A stretch of 25,408 nt of DNA from a virus (taxonomy: Duplodnaviria > Caudoviricetes): positions 1 through 25,408 of IMG/VR virus record IMGVR_UViG_3300035134_000066; one strand, 5' to 3'. Numbering within the stretch: the first letter of the stretch is position 1; each line of letters opens with the position of its first letter. The position numbers and the translations under genes are program-made. The notes below the pieces were generated by a model. The model was not told the DNA's origin, made no database searches, and was given only the letters and a program-made list of their open reading frames with translations. Below, piece after piece: positions 16,139 to 25,290 of the stretch.

Positions 16139-16212
16139 TTTTCCTCCTTATATGAATTATAAATTGTTAAGATAGAAATTTCAATAGGTAGAAATACCTA
16201 TTTTTTAATTTA

Positions 16213-16394
16213 GCCACAGAGGACACAGAGGACACAGAAAAAAGCAAAAAAGCTATTGTTAACTGTTTTTTTTGCCGCGAAGGAACGCGAAGAAACGCAA
16301 AGATAAAGGGTTTTTAAAAAAATGACCGATTTTAAAAACGGTCTAAAAAAAGCCGTTTTTGGGGAAAGCCCACGAATTACACAAATTACACGAA
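16213..16394 (+). repeat. Cluster of three 9-bp-period short repeat elements
   Basis: GCCACAGAGGACACAGAGGACACAGA (16213-16238), GCCGCGAAGGAACGCGAAGAAACGCAAAG (16274-16302), GCCCACGAATTACACAAATTACACGAA (16368-16394). Confidence 0.85.
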
Positions 16395-16488
16395 AAAAAA
16401 CCAAACTAGCTATGAAAAAAAGAATTTGACCAAAAAATAAAAATAGAAATATGCATTATAAAAGCTTTTTGGGAAAATAGCCATTTTA

Positions 16489-16553
16489 AAATTGGTCAAC
16501 TTTTGACCAATTTGAGCCAAAATTTGCATTTTGGTTTTATCCTGGTGTATAAT
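16489..16553 (+). promoter_or_regulatory. Palindromic operator plus promoter of the second XRE gene
   Basis: AAATTGGTCAA-CTT-TTGACCAATTT (16489-16513); TTGCAT-18 bp-TATAAT (16524-16553). Confidence 0.55.
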
Positions 16554-16570
16554 TAAACGAGGTGATTAGT

Positions 16571-16993
16571 ATGGAATTAAAGAAAGATCAAATAGGAATA
16601 AGGTTTAAGACGTTTAGGAAGAGAATAAAGAAAAAAAGAAAAGATATCGTGGCTTTGACATCTCAAACTTACAACGTAGTGAAAAGTATTGAAAACGGCA
16701 TTAGTGCGCCATCTTCAAAACTTCTTATTGTACTTTACAGAGAGTATAACTTAAATATAAATTGGCTTCTAACCGGCAATGGAAGTATGTTTGTTGAGAA
16801 TGTGATGCCTGTAGAAACCGGGGAAACCCTGGACGATTTCAGAGAGTTTAAGTTCTATATGGAAAATGTCCCTTTTGTCAGGTATGAAGTCTTGAAGTAC
16901 TTTTCAATATTTAAGTGGGAACAAAAGGAAAGGATAGAAAGGTATCTCAAAGAAAAGGGCATTAAATGGGAAATAGAAATGCCCACCTCTTAG
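16571..16993 (+). CDS. Second XRE-family HTH regulator (paralog of 12169-12606)
   Basis: IGIRFKTFRK...SIENGISAPS...LNINWLLTGNGSMF; start placed at ATG 16571 after SD GAGGTG. Confidence 0.82.
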   Translation: MELKKDQIGIRFKTFRKRIKKKRKDIVALTSQTYNVVKSIENGISAPSSKLLIVLYREYNLNINWLLTGNGSMFVENVMPVETGETLDDFREFKFYMENVPFVRYEVLKYFSIFKWEQKERIERYLKEKGIKWEIEMPTS

Positions 16994-17218
16994 AAAATTT
17001 ATAAACTGCATCGCCGGTGCATGGCGCCACCCGGTGTAAAATGTAAAAATCGCAACCCCCCTGCTCCCTGCCCACTGCCCCCTGCTCTTACCTTCGCGGT
17101 TGGCTTTTCTGTGGCCTGTCAGTGGCTTTTCAGTGGCTTTTCTGTGTCTTGTGAATCCTGGCAAATAAAGGTTATTGGTGGTTACAGCCCGGCTTCTTTT
17201 GGGATCACTTTTTATTCA

Positions 17219-17247
17219 TTCGTGTAATTCGTGTAATTCGTGGGCTT
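17219..17247 (-). repeat. 9-bp-period element, inverted relative to 16366-16394
   Basis: Reverse complement AAGCCCACGAATTACACGAATTACACGAA differs at 1 position from 16366-16394. Confidence 0.85.
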
Positions 17248-17457
17248 CCCTTAGCAAATTCTTTGCCAAACGCCGTTTTTTAGGTGAACAAAATTGTCGG
17301 ATGTATCGATCTTATCGGAATTATCGGAATTGTCGATCTTAACGGTTTTTTGAGCTTTTTTCTCAAAAGTATGTATAATAAGTTTTGGAGGTGCAAATTG
17401 ATTGTATAAGGCGATTATAATTAAATTGAGACACTTTTAAATGGCACTAAATTTTAG

Positions 17458-17488
17458 AAAGCCCCCGGTTCTAGAGCCGGGGGCTTTT
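17458..17488 (+). terminator. Rho-independent terminator-like hairpin just upstream of the late genes
   Basis: AAAGCCCCCGG-TTCTAGAG-CCGGGGGCTTTT. Confidence 0.7.
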
Positions 17489-17507
17489 GCATTTTAGGAG
17501 GTGAAAA

Positions 17508-17645
17508 ATGAGGGTATTAAAGAGGATAGTCGAGGGAATTCAATGGTATATGTTCCATCAACACGTGAGGACTGCGGTTTTCCGCTTTTTTCATGCGATT
17601 ATCCCGTGCAAATACACGGACCCGGAGTACCTGGAGTTAGAATGA
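17508..17645 (+). CDS. Small hypothetical protein (45 aa, MRVLKRIVEG...), not in the ORF track
   Basis: SD AGGAGGTG at 17496-17503 precedes ATG 17508; stop overlaps the next ATG (ATGA). Confidence 0.55.
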   Translation: MRVLKRIVEGIQWYMFHQHVRTAVFRFFHAIIPCKYTDPEYLELE

Positions 17646-17833
17646 TGACTAAAGAATGCAAAAGCCTATGTGCAGAAATAGAGAAAGTAAGCCTTGTTTT
17701 GTTTGGGAACGGTGTAGATGGCCTGGAAAAGCGGTCAAGGCGAATGGAGAAAATGCTAATTGCATTGCTTATCCTGGTAGGAATAGTGCTGCTTAAGGAA
17801 GCAGGTGTATTGAAGCTTTTGTCTTTGATTTAG
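17642..17833 (+). CDS. Small membrane protein (holin/XhlA-like or lysis-associated)
   Basis: LFGNGVDGLEKRS motif followed by a C-terminal hydrophobic helix; precedes the terminase genes. Confidence 0.5.
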   Translation: MMTKECKSLCAEIEKVSLVLFGNGVDGLEKRSRRMEKMLIALLILVGIVLLKEAGVLKLLSLI

Positions 17834-17841
17834 GGTTCCTG

Positions 17842-18348
17842 ATGAGCATGGACTTCCAAACCTACGAGCTGGCAATGGAGCTGTATGCCAAATTAGGGAA
17901 CCTCTCTGAGGTTTGGAGAGAATTACAGAAAAAAGGCATCAAAAAAAATTACAATACCCTGGTAAAATGGCGTCAAGACAATAGGGACGAATGGGAAAAT
18001 TTAAGGGCAAAGTTTCATGGCAAAAAGAAAGAAATTTTTGTTGACAGCCTCGGAGATGAATTATTCCAGGATATCGTAGACATTAAAAAATTGCTTCTCC
18101 AAAAAGTAAAAGATGGCCTGGGGGGTGAAGAAAATAAAATCAATACCCAGGCTGTGATCTGTTTACAACGGCAGATTGAACAAGTCTCAGAACAATTGAA
18201 AGAACGTCAAAAAGACAGCCAGAAAGCGGAGAAATACGCGAAAAAACTGATTGAAGTACTTTTGAGACATAGGGTTATCGGGCCGCTCTTAAGAAGGTTT
18301 ATTGACGAAATACTGGCCGATGTCAAAAAGGAGTTGAGAAATGTCTGA
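17842..18348 (+). CDS. Terminase small subunit-like HTH protein (Mu gp27/DUF1804-like)
   Basis: N-terminal HTH AMELYAKLGNLSEVWRELQ...TLVKWRQ and coiled coil; immediately upstream of the large terminase. Confidence 0.6.
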   Translation: MSMDFQTYELAMELYAKLGNLSEVWRELQKKGIKKNYNTLVKWRQDNRDEWENLRAKFHGKKKEIFVDSLGDELFQDIVDIKKLLLQKVKDGLGGEENKINTQAVICLQRQIEQVSEQLKERQKDSQKAEKYAKKLIEVLLRHRVIGPLLRRFIDEILADVKKELRNV

Positions 18349-19975
18349 TTACAACGTTCTCAAAGACTTCAAACAACGATTAGAAGAAATCGGACAGACT
18401 CAACCCCTTGTTGACTGGGTCCTGGAAAATATATATCTCCGTTCCTTTCCTTTCACGTTTGATGAGCACCCGGAACTTGAACAGATTTACCGGGATATGC
18501 ACCCCCTGAAAGTGTTCCGGAAGTCTGTCCAGGTGGGGATATCTACTTATGCGATCTGTCTCATGCTTTGGCTTGCATGCTCTGAGGGGTCGAAATCAAT
18601 GTATTGTGGGCCCACGGATGACTGGATACGGGAGTTTTCAAAGGACCGGGTAAATAAGATCATTGCAACATCCCCGGAAATCAAAAGCAGACTCGGTCTA
18701 ACAAATACTCCCTTTCAAAAGGATATCGGATTCTCAACCCTGTACTTACACGGCCTGAAAAGCGAATCAAAAGTAACCAGTGCTGATATCGACCTTTTGA
18801 TCGTGGATGAAACCGACATAGTCGATCAAGAAAACAAATTTGTAGCAAAGGACCGGCTTGAACACTCAAACCTGGCCTGGTATATGCAATTGTCAAAACC
18901 CTCGGTTCCCGGGTTCGGGATAGACGAAGCCTTCGAGGAAGGGGATCAACACTATCGATTTTTCTTCTGTCCACATTGTGGGAAAGCTAACAATATCATT
19001 GAAAACATCTATCAAGAGCCTCTGGCAGTGCTTCAATTCAAGGGCCGAAAAAGCGGAGATTTGTATTATTTCGCCTGCGAAAAATGCGGGAAACCCCTTG
19101 ACCCGGCAAATGCAGAATGGGTGGCAAAATACCCAGGTAGAGACATCAGGAGTTATCATATTTCGCAAGCCTATTGGACCCGCAAAATAGCCCATTTTGG
19201 CAGCGTTGCAGAAAAGTTATACAAAGCAATAGTCAATGCCAATAACCTGGATTTGTTGAAGTATTTCTGGCGGTCATTGATCGGCCTGGCTTATGCAGGG
19301 GACGACCAGCCCCTCACAGATAAAATATTCAACGAAATGGCCGGAGTCCACCCGCTCCGCCCCGCCTTTGCCGGCCGCTCCGTCATGGGGGTTGACCAGG
19401 GGGAAAAATTACACGTTGCCATCGCCCACCCCCAGGGATACCGTCTCCTCTATCACTGGTTTGAAGAGCTTGACGATTTCAACCAACTCTATCCCCTGAT
19501 GAAAATACACAATGTCCGTATGTGTTACATAGATTACAAACCCAATACCCACGAAGCAAAAAAGTTTGCACTGAAATTCAAGAAAAGGGTTGCTGTTGTG
19601 GATTTCACAGGAGAAGAAATACAGGAAAAAGAAACAGAAAAAAAAGGTCAAAAATTACCTAAAATCAACCTGCCCCGTACAGAGTCACTGGATGAGTACA
19701 GCGATTGCATCAAAGGGGGAATAGCAGTATTACCCCCGAAATCAGCCGGGAAAGTCATAGTAGTAGTTAGAAAGCATCATAAAAAACTAATCAAAGAACG
19801 GGTGAAAAACGCTGCCGGGATAGATGTATACCGGTACAAACACAGAGTTGATAATCACTACGGTATGGCCGGGAACTATGCGTTACAAGCCTGGTATCAC
19901 ATTCAAAACAAAATGACACACGGCTCCGGCGTCCTGCCGGTTTCAGGGAGGTTAGGAAATGTCACTATTCACTAA
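18341..19975 (+). CDS. Terminase large subunit (lambda GpA-like family)
   Basis: KSVQVGIS Walker A-like, LLIVDETD Walker B, CPHCG...CEKCG zinc motif, GVDQG nuclease motif, C-terminal DNHY. Confidence 0.85.
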   Translation: MSDYNVLKDFKQRLEEIGQTQPLVDWVLENIYLRSFPFTFDEHPELEQIYRDMHPLKVFRKSVQVGISTYAICLMLWLACSEGSKSMYCGPTDDWIREFSKDRVNKIIATSPEIKSRLGLTNTPFQKDIGFSTLYLHGLKSESKVTSADIDLLIVDETDIVDQENKFVAKDRLEHSNLAWYMQLSKPSVPGFGIDEAFEEGDQHYRFFFCPHCGKANNIIENIYQEPLAVLQFKGRKSGDLYYFACEKCGKPLDPANAEWVAKYPGRDIRSYHISQAYWTRKIAHFGSVAEKLYKAIVNANNLDLLKYFWRSLIGLAYAGDDQPLTDKIFNEMAGVHPLRPAFAGRSVMGVDQGEKLHVAIAHPQGYRLLYHWFEELDDFNQLYPLMKIHNVRMCYIDYKPNTHEAKKFALKFKKRVAVVDFTGEEIQEKETEKKGQKLPKINLPRTESLDEYSDCIKGGIAVLPPKSAGKVIVVVRKHHKKLIKERVKNAAGIDVYRYKHRVDNHYGMAGNYALQAWYHIQNKMTHGSGVLPVSGRLGNVTIH

Positions 19976-22424
19976 TTTTTTTAGCCGCGAAGGCACGCGA
20001 AAACACGCAAAGAAGAAAAAATCATCTCTAAAATACAACCGGGGAGTACTTCCCTCCGGGGGCCGATCCAGCGTTGAAGATACTCTTAGTAATTTGATTT
20101 CCGGGATTGATAGTTTCTACGGAGTTGTAGAGCCGGATTTCCCGGTTGAATATCTCCATATCATCGACTACCTTTCCATATATCACCCCGATATCTCGAA
20201 AGCCGTTTCCGATATGGTGTCTATCGCAAATTCAGGACATGAAATTGAAGCCGTCGGAAAATCGGATAACGAAATCATGAATGCAATGGCTCGAATCAGT
20301 TCAAAGGCCGCTAACATATACCCCTATTCTGCCGGGGTAGACGGCTTAATCAATCAGTATATCCGGCAGCTATTTTGTTTTGGTGCCCTCTCCTCTGAAG
20401 ATGTCATTCAACCTGACTTTGCCGGTGTTGAGCGTGTTGTGACCGTTCCTGTCAGACAAATCAGGTTCAAACGAAAAGACGGAGAAATAGTCCCTTATCA
20501 GCAGACTTCTACTTTTATTCATCAAAAAACAAACGAATTGGGATTAGTCGAGCTTAACCTTGAAACGTACCGTTATTACGCACTTTTCAAAACTGAAAAG
20601 ACACCTTATGGGATTTCTGCCCTATTAAGTGCCTTAATGCCGCTGGGTATTCAATCAAAGGTATTTCCCAATCTCGACTCAATCATGAAAAATATGAGAC
20701 TCCTGGGATTGAATATCGCCAAAATTCCACCCCCCCCAGAATTTGAGGCGGATGAGGACCCCGATACATCCCGGCAAAAATACCAGGCTCATATCCAGGA
20801 ATTTGTTGATATTTTAGGCACCGATTCATACAAACATGGCTTTATGGGCGTACCTTTGGAGATCGAATTTGAAAATTTCCCTATCAACCCTAACATGAAG
20901 GGAATGGCGGATATCGGCAATATGATCAATCGGTATCTTTACACCGGAATCAAAAGCGATGCCGGATTGCATAATGACCATGTTAGCCGCACCGAAACCT
21001 TTCTCCTGGTCATATACAAGATATTTCTACATTTTGCTCTAAATATCAGGAATATTGTTAAAAGAAGGGTCGAGAGAACCTACTTATTCGACTTACTACT
21101 TGCAGATATTCCTATTGAAAGTATCTCCCTTTCCTTCAATAAGGATTCAGCACTCAAACCCTACGTAGACCGCCTGGCTGAAAGAACACATTCAGGAACT
21201 GTTTTGAATTTACTCAAAAACGGGGTGATTTCCCCACCACGGGCCGCAAACCTTCTCAATGAAAAAGAGTTCTATGATGAAGATCTTTTCTATAAATCCA
21301 TTACGGAAGCGGGCCTGAAAGTAAAAAAGTTTTCCTGGATTGCCAATAGACAAAAATACATGCCTGTTGAAAACCCTTTCGAGATTCAAAACTATAAAGC
21401 CACAGAGGACACAGAGATCACAGAGAGTAAAGAATTAGCCACAAAGGCGGTCGGCGACCGCAGCCAAAAAACGAATGAACACGAAGAAATAAAGAGTTTC
21501 AAGAAAGAAGATACCGAAAAAGAACGGGCTGAAAAAGTACGGGAAAAGCTAAATCAATCTATAGAACAGTACCTTAAGAAAGTATTACCCTATTTCGACG
21601 AACTAGGCCAGGACGTAACCGATTACGCCGCTGGATACTGCCAGGAACATATCGAAGAGATTTCCGAAAATTCAGAAGTATTGAAAAAAGCAGTCATTGA
21701 GTATATCCGGGAACACCCGGATTATAAAAAGATCAAAAACCCGGATTCCTGGCTAAGGAAAACAAGTGAAGCCATAACCATTAAAGCAGGAAAAGACTGG
21801 CTTGAAAAGGATGATACAATCTTTGGGGGAAAAAAGCCGGATGTCAAGTTCGTTTTCGGTGAAGGCGATAGAAACGCGATGAAATTCTATTCCCGCCTGC
21901 ATACGTTCTTTTTCAGCAGCTTTATTGACAATAAAGGATTTGGATCCAAAATTGACGGTTTTGTCAATGGCTTTCTTGAACGGGGAGAGGCCCTGTATGG
22001 CGGATGGACTGATGCCATTGAAAAAGAATTCAACAGGCTTTTTGCGGATGCAATACAAGGGGATTTCCGGTTTCAGGTTGAAAGAATAGTCAATACCGGG
22101 ATGGCAAACATCAAAAACCGGTCACACGTGATTCAACTCGACCAGGCCGGGTTCAAAAAAGGGAGAATAAACGGCTATTTGGAAACGGATTGTAAAATTT
22201 GCAAGCCGCTTCATACAAAATTAATCGAAGTATCTGCTCTGATGAAACAGGTCACGGCTCTTGAATCCGCCGAAACCCCGGAAGCTGCCCTGGAAATTAT
22301 CAAAAAGCAAAATGTCAGTATAGATGAAGCCAAAGACATCAAAGCACTTGTAAAAGCCGGTAAAGGGCTGCCGCCCTATCACCCGAACTGCAAATGCTTC
22401 GTGGAGGGACACTTTGAAGACTAA
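19959..22424 (+). CDS. Portal protein fused to head-morphogenesis (Mu gpF / SPP1 gp7-like) domain
   Basis: Follows the terminase; portal-like TPYGISALLSAL and GVISPPRAANLL; C-terminal CKIC...LPPYHPNCKC signature. Confidence 0.75.
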   Translation: MSLFTNFFSREGTRKHAKKKKSSLKYNRGVLPSGGRSSVEDTLSNLISGIDSFYGVVEPDFPVEYLHIIDYLSIYHPDISKAVSDMVSIANSGHEIEAVGKSDNEIMNAMARISSKAANIYPYSAGVDGLINQYIRQLFCFGALSSEDVIQPDFAGVERVVTVPVRQIRFKRKDGEIVPYQQTSTFIHQKTNELGLVELNLETYRYYALFKTEKTPYGISALLSALMPLGIQSKVFPNLDSIMKNMRLLGLNIAKIPPPPEFEADEDPDTSRQKYQAHIQEFVDILGTDSYKHGFMGVPLEIEFENFPINPNMKGMADIGNMINRYLYTGIKSDAGLHNDHVSRTETFLLVIYKIFLHFALNIRNIVKRRVERTYLFDLLLADIPIESISLSFNKDSALKPYVDRLAERTHSGTVLNLLKNGVISPPRAANLLNEKEFYDEDLFYKSITEAGLKVKKFSWIANRQKYMPVENPFEIQNYKATEDTEITESKELATKAVGDRSQKTNEHEEIKSFKKEDTEKERAEKVREKLNQSIEQYLKKVLPYFDELGQDVTDYAAGYCQEHIEEISENSEVLKKAVIEYIREHPDYKKIKNPDSWLRKTSEAITIKAGKDWLEKDDTIFGGKKPDVKFVFGEGDRNAMKFYSRLHTFFFSSFIDNKGFGSKIDGFVNGFLERGEALYGGWTDAIEKEFNRLFADAIQGDFRFQVERIVNTGMANIKNRSHVIQLDQAGFKKGRINGYLETDCKICKPLHTKLIEVSALMKQVTALESAETPEAALEIIKKQNVSIDEAKDIKALVKAGKGLPPYHPNCKCFVEGHFED

Positions 22425-23604
22425 AAATTATGACAAAATTGGTGAGTTTCAATTTTTGACTGATAACAAGGCTAAATGCAGCTTTCTTTTTCGTGATTCT
22501 TACCTGGAAGAAATTCCACCCATCCAGGCTGAATCATTAAAGGAAAAAGAACCCGGAAAAAAGGAAAATGTACCGGAACACATTATTGCTAAAGAGTATA
22601 GGACGTTGTCTGCCGCTGTATTGTGGCATGGCCCTATCCCTATTGATTTTTCTGATGCGGAAGTCCTGAAAGCTGCCGCCCCCCTGGTTGAAGGACAACC
22701 CCTTTTCAAAGACCACATTTACCTCACGGACTATAACATAGGCACGATTCACTCATCAAAATTTGATGAATCCACTAAACCATCCGGGATTAATTCCAAT
22801 TTCTGGATTGACAACCGCCTGGATGAAAAAACAGCTATACGGGTTCAAGAAGGATATCTCAAATGCTGCTCTGTGACGGTGCGGTACAGGTGGAAAAAAT
22901 CACATGAAAAAATGAGTGACAAAGAGTTTTTCCAAAAATTAGGTCAAACCCATTCCGGCCATCTTGTACGGCTGATTGTGACAAAAATACTCGAAATCCC
23001 GGAAGTGTCCGTGGTCTGGCTCGGTGCCGATCGGACCGCGCGGGCACTCTCTGAAACGCAAACAAATCAAAACATAAAAAATCCTGTTCAACAACAGGAT
23101 AAGGAGGTTAAAACCGCTATGGATGAAGAAACAAAAAGGCTCCTTTCTCAACTGTCAGGAAAGGAGATTTCAACACTATCGACAGATGCAGGGATTCAGG
23201 CTGCCCTGGATGCCCTGAATGAAAAGGTAAAATCACTGGAAACGGATAATACAACCTTAAAAGGCAAGGTAGACTCCCTCCAGGAATGGAAAACCGGGGT
23301 AATCGACGGATTGAAATCTAATGTTGAAACCCTGATGAAACTGGTAGACGGAATTGACCAGGAGGGGCAAAAAGTACTCCCGGAAATGAACAAAACCGCC
23401 CTGGATAATGCCGATTATGACGCCCTGGTAAAGATGAAAAAGGACTATGAATCGAAAAAAACAGCCATGTTCCCGCCTACCTGCCAGGCCTGCGGGGCAA
23501 AAGTAACGGAAATCCGATCCAGTGTGGATGAAGAGTTGCCGGGTGATGAACCGCAAAACACAGAAAATTCCATTAAACCCTGGCACTGGACAAAATCCAA
23601 ATAG
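22414..23604 (+). CDS. Prohead protease/scaffold protein (probable internal scaffold start at 23119)
   Basis: PLFKDH...IGTI...CCSVTV...EVSVVWLGAD protease-type motifs; coiled-coil C-terminal half; internal SD AAGGAGGT at 23101-23108. Confidence 0.72.
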   Translation: MKTKNYDKIGEFQFLTDNKAKCSFLFRDSYLEEIPPIQAESLKEKEPGKKENVPEHIIAKEYRTLSAAVLWHGPIPIDFSDAEVLKAAAPLVEGQPLFKDHIYLTDYNIGTIHSSKFDESTKPSGINSNFWIDNRLDEKTAIRVQEGYLKCCSVTVRYRWKKSHEKMSDKEFFQKLGQTHSGHLVRLIVTKILEIPEVSVVWLGADRTARALSETQTNQNIKNPVQQQDKEVKTAMDEETKRLLSQLSGKEISTLSTDAGIQAALDALNEKVKSLETDNTTLKGKVDSLQEWKTGVIDGLKSNVETLMKLVDGIDQEGQKVLPEMNKTALDNADYDALVKMKKDYESKKTAMFPPTCQACGAKVTEIRSSVDEELPGDEPQNTENSIKPWHWTKSK

Positions 23605-23616
23605 GAGGATTAAACC

Positions 23617-24003
23617 ATGGAAACTTTGATTTTGAACAAAAACTCATCTATCGTGAATCTCAGCATGGCGGCGGATATCACGGTGGGAAACGAAGTGAAA
23701 ATCTCCGCTGCAAAAACAATTGCCGCCGCAGGCAGTGGTGATTTTTCAATCGGTGTCCTGGAATCAAAACCGGATTCCTTTCCCGGGAACGGTGCCGTAC
23801 GTGTGAAATACAATGAACACGGTATCGTCACTTTTGGAGGTACGGTCACAGCCGGTGACCGGCTTAAACTGGGTACCCCGGGAACAGGTGGAAATCAACG
23901 CTATGTGAAATTCACCCCGGGCACCGACGAAGCGGGATTGGAAAGGGGAATTACCCTTGAAGACGGTACAGCAGACAGTACCGGTGAAATATTGAGATTT
24001 TAA
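23617..24003 (+). CDS. Head decoration/cement protein
   Basis: Small Gly/Ala/Thr-rich beta protein between scaffold and capsid genes; SD AGGAGG. Confidence 0.65.
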   Translation: METLILNKNSSIVNLSMAADITVGNEVKISAAKTIAAAGSGDFSIGVLESKPDSFPGNGAVRVKYNEHGIVTFGGTVTAGDRLKLGTPGTGGNQRYVKFTPGTDEAGLERGITLEDGTADSTGEILRF

Positions 24004-24015
24004 GGAGGTATAAAA

Positions 24016-25131
24016 ATGGTCCCAAAAAATATGCGAATAGAGCTTATCGCTCCGGAATTAAAAGCCCTGCGTCAAATCGGTATTGCAATCTGCTTTGCTG
24101 ATTACCTGACCAGGAAGTTCCCGCAGTTCTGTGCAAATGACTCAGAATACCAGGTTGAAAACTATTATTCTGAATATGGGATTGACCTGGAAGCCGATAC
24201 CCTGCAAGCCATGTTCAACATATCGGACGAAAATGTCCGAAATTGGTTAATCAAAGAGACAATCAACTCAGCATTGCATAAGGCGATTCAACTTGACACG
24301 ACATACCGGAACCTTATTGCTTTTACGGCCAGGCCGCAAACCGGCAGAGTCACACAACCCTACATCGATTTGACAAATATGCGTCCTATCATCAAAAAGG
24401 GCAAAGAAGTCCCGAAAGGGGGTAAGTTTGAAGAGGATACCATTACCCTTTCGGACAAAAGCACGAATTTCAAAAAATTCGGTAGAACCTTAAATATTCC
24501 ATACGAAGTAATCGCGGATTGTACCTTGAAAACCCTTTCAGAGTACCTCATGGGGTATGCGGCTGTCGTCAATTGGGATAAGAAAGAATACATAATCGAC
24601 ATTCTGATGAACGGTGACGGGGCAGTTGATAAGGAAAACACGGTGATCGAAGACCCCGCCGTCGTAATCGGCGTACAGGATACCAATGCAGGATTGACTT
24701 TCAAAGATATCCTCTTACCCAGCATTCGTATGAATCGCCTCGGTCGCCCGGTAAGTGCCATGGTTGCAGGTGAAACCGAAACAATCGATACAATGATGCT
24801 GCCTGAATACAAAGACAGACAGCAAGGCACACCCTATTCAAAATTACAGTTGAAAGGAGATGTTAGCACTCCTGACTCCGCATATATCGCCGATTCCGTG
24901 GGAACATCGAAAACACTTCTTGTTTCCCCGAAGTTTGCCGTTGCTGAATACATCCGCCAGTCTGTCATGATCGAAGATGACAGGAACATTACCCGGCAGC
25001 TTATCGAAGTTGTGGTCTCTGAAAGAATCTCCTACATGATTGTTTTTTCTGACTCTCGAATCGTTATCGATCACACAAAAGCTTATTCCGGCAATCCCCT
25101 CCCCCCCAGCTTTGACGTAAGGAAGTACTAA
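24016..25131 (+). CDS. Major capsid protein (HK97-fold)
   Basis: 371 aa; KKFGRTLNIPYEVI, IIDILMNGDG and VMIEDDRNITRQL motifs; strong SD; position in the head module. Confidence 0.82.
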   Translation: MVPKNMRIELIAPELKALRQIGIAICFADYLTRKFPQFCANDSEYQVENYYSEYGIDLEADTLQAMFNISDENVRNWLIKETINSALHKAIQLDTTYRNLIAFTARPQTGRVTQPYIDLTNMRPIIKKGKEVPKGGKFEEDTITLSDKSTNFKKFGRTLNIPYEVIADCTLKTLSEYLMGYAAVVNWDKKEYIIDILMNGDGAVDKENTVIEDPAVVIGVQDTNAGLTFKDILLPSIRMNRLGRPVSAMVAGETETIDTMMLPEYKDRQQGTPYSKLQLKGDVSTPDSAYIADSVGTSKTLLVSPKFAVAEYIRQSVMIEDDRNITRQLIEVVVSERISYMIVFSDSRIVIDHTKAYSGNPLPPSFDVRKY

Positions 25132-25146
25132 CTTAAGGAAGTACTG

Positions 25147-25290
25147 ATGGAAGAAAAAACAGCGATGGTAACCGTATTGGGCGGGGTTTTGCCTGATTCC
25201 CCAAAGGAGAAAGAGCAAGCCCCGCCCATGAGAGCAATAGAGCCAGGTGCTCTATTCTACGGTCAACCGCTGCTAAAAGGTACAAAATGA
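25147..25290 (+). CDS. Small hypothetical protein (47 aa)
   Basis: SD AAGGA upstream; ATGA overlap with the next ORF. Confidence 0.45.
   Translation: MEEKTAMVTVLGGVLPDSPKEKEQAPPMRAIEPGALFYGQPLLKGTK

Noticed and set aside
16489-16513. Possible extra member of the Bro-N palindrome array
   Set aside because: Different geometry (TCA-N5-TGA rather than TCA-N3-TGA) and no shared flanks; better explained as an operator of the adjacent XRE gene.
16210-17227. ORFs 16210-16404, 16904-17164 and 17021-17227
   Set aside because: They are mostly translations of short periodic repeats in intergenic DNA.
17501-17833. 110-aa ORF starting at GTG 17501
   Set aside because: That GTG is part of the SD (AGGAGGTG) for ATG 17508 in another frame; two coupled ORFs (17508-17645 and 17642-17833) fit better.
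25118-25145. 12-bp direct repeat TAAGGAAGTACT at the capsid stop
   Set aside because: A short local duplication that supplies the next SD; no evidence for recoding or an att site.
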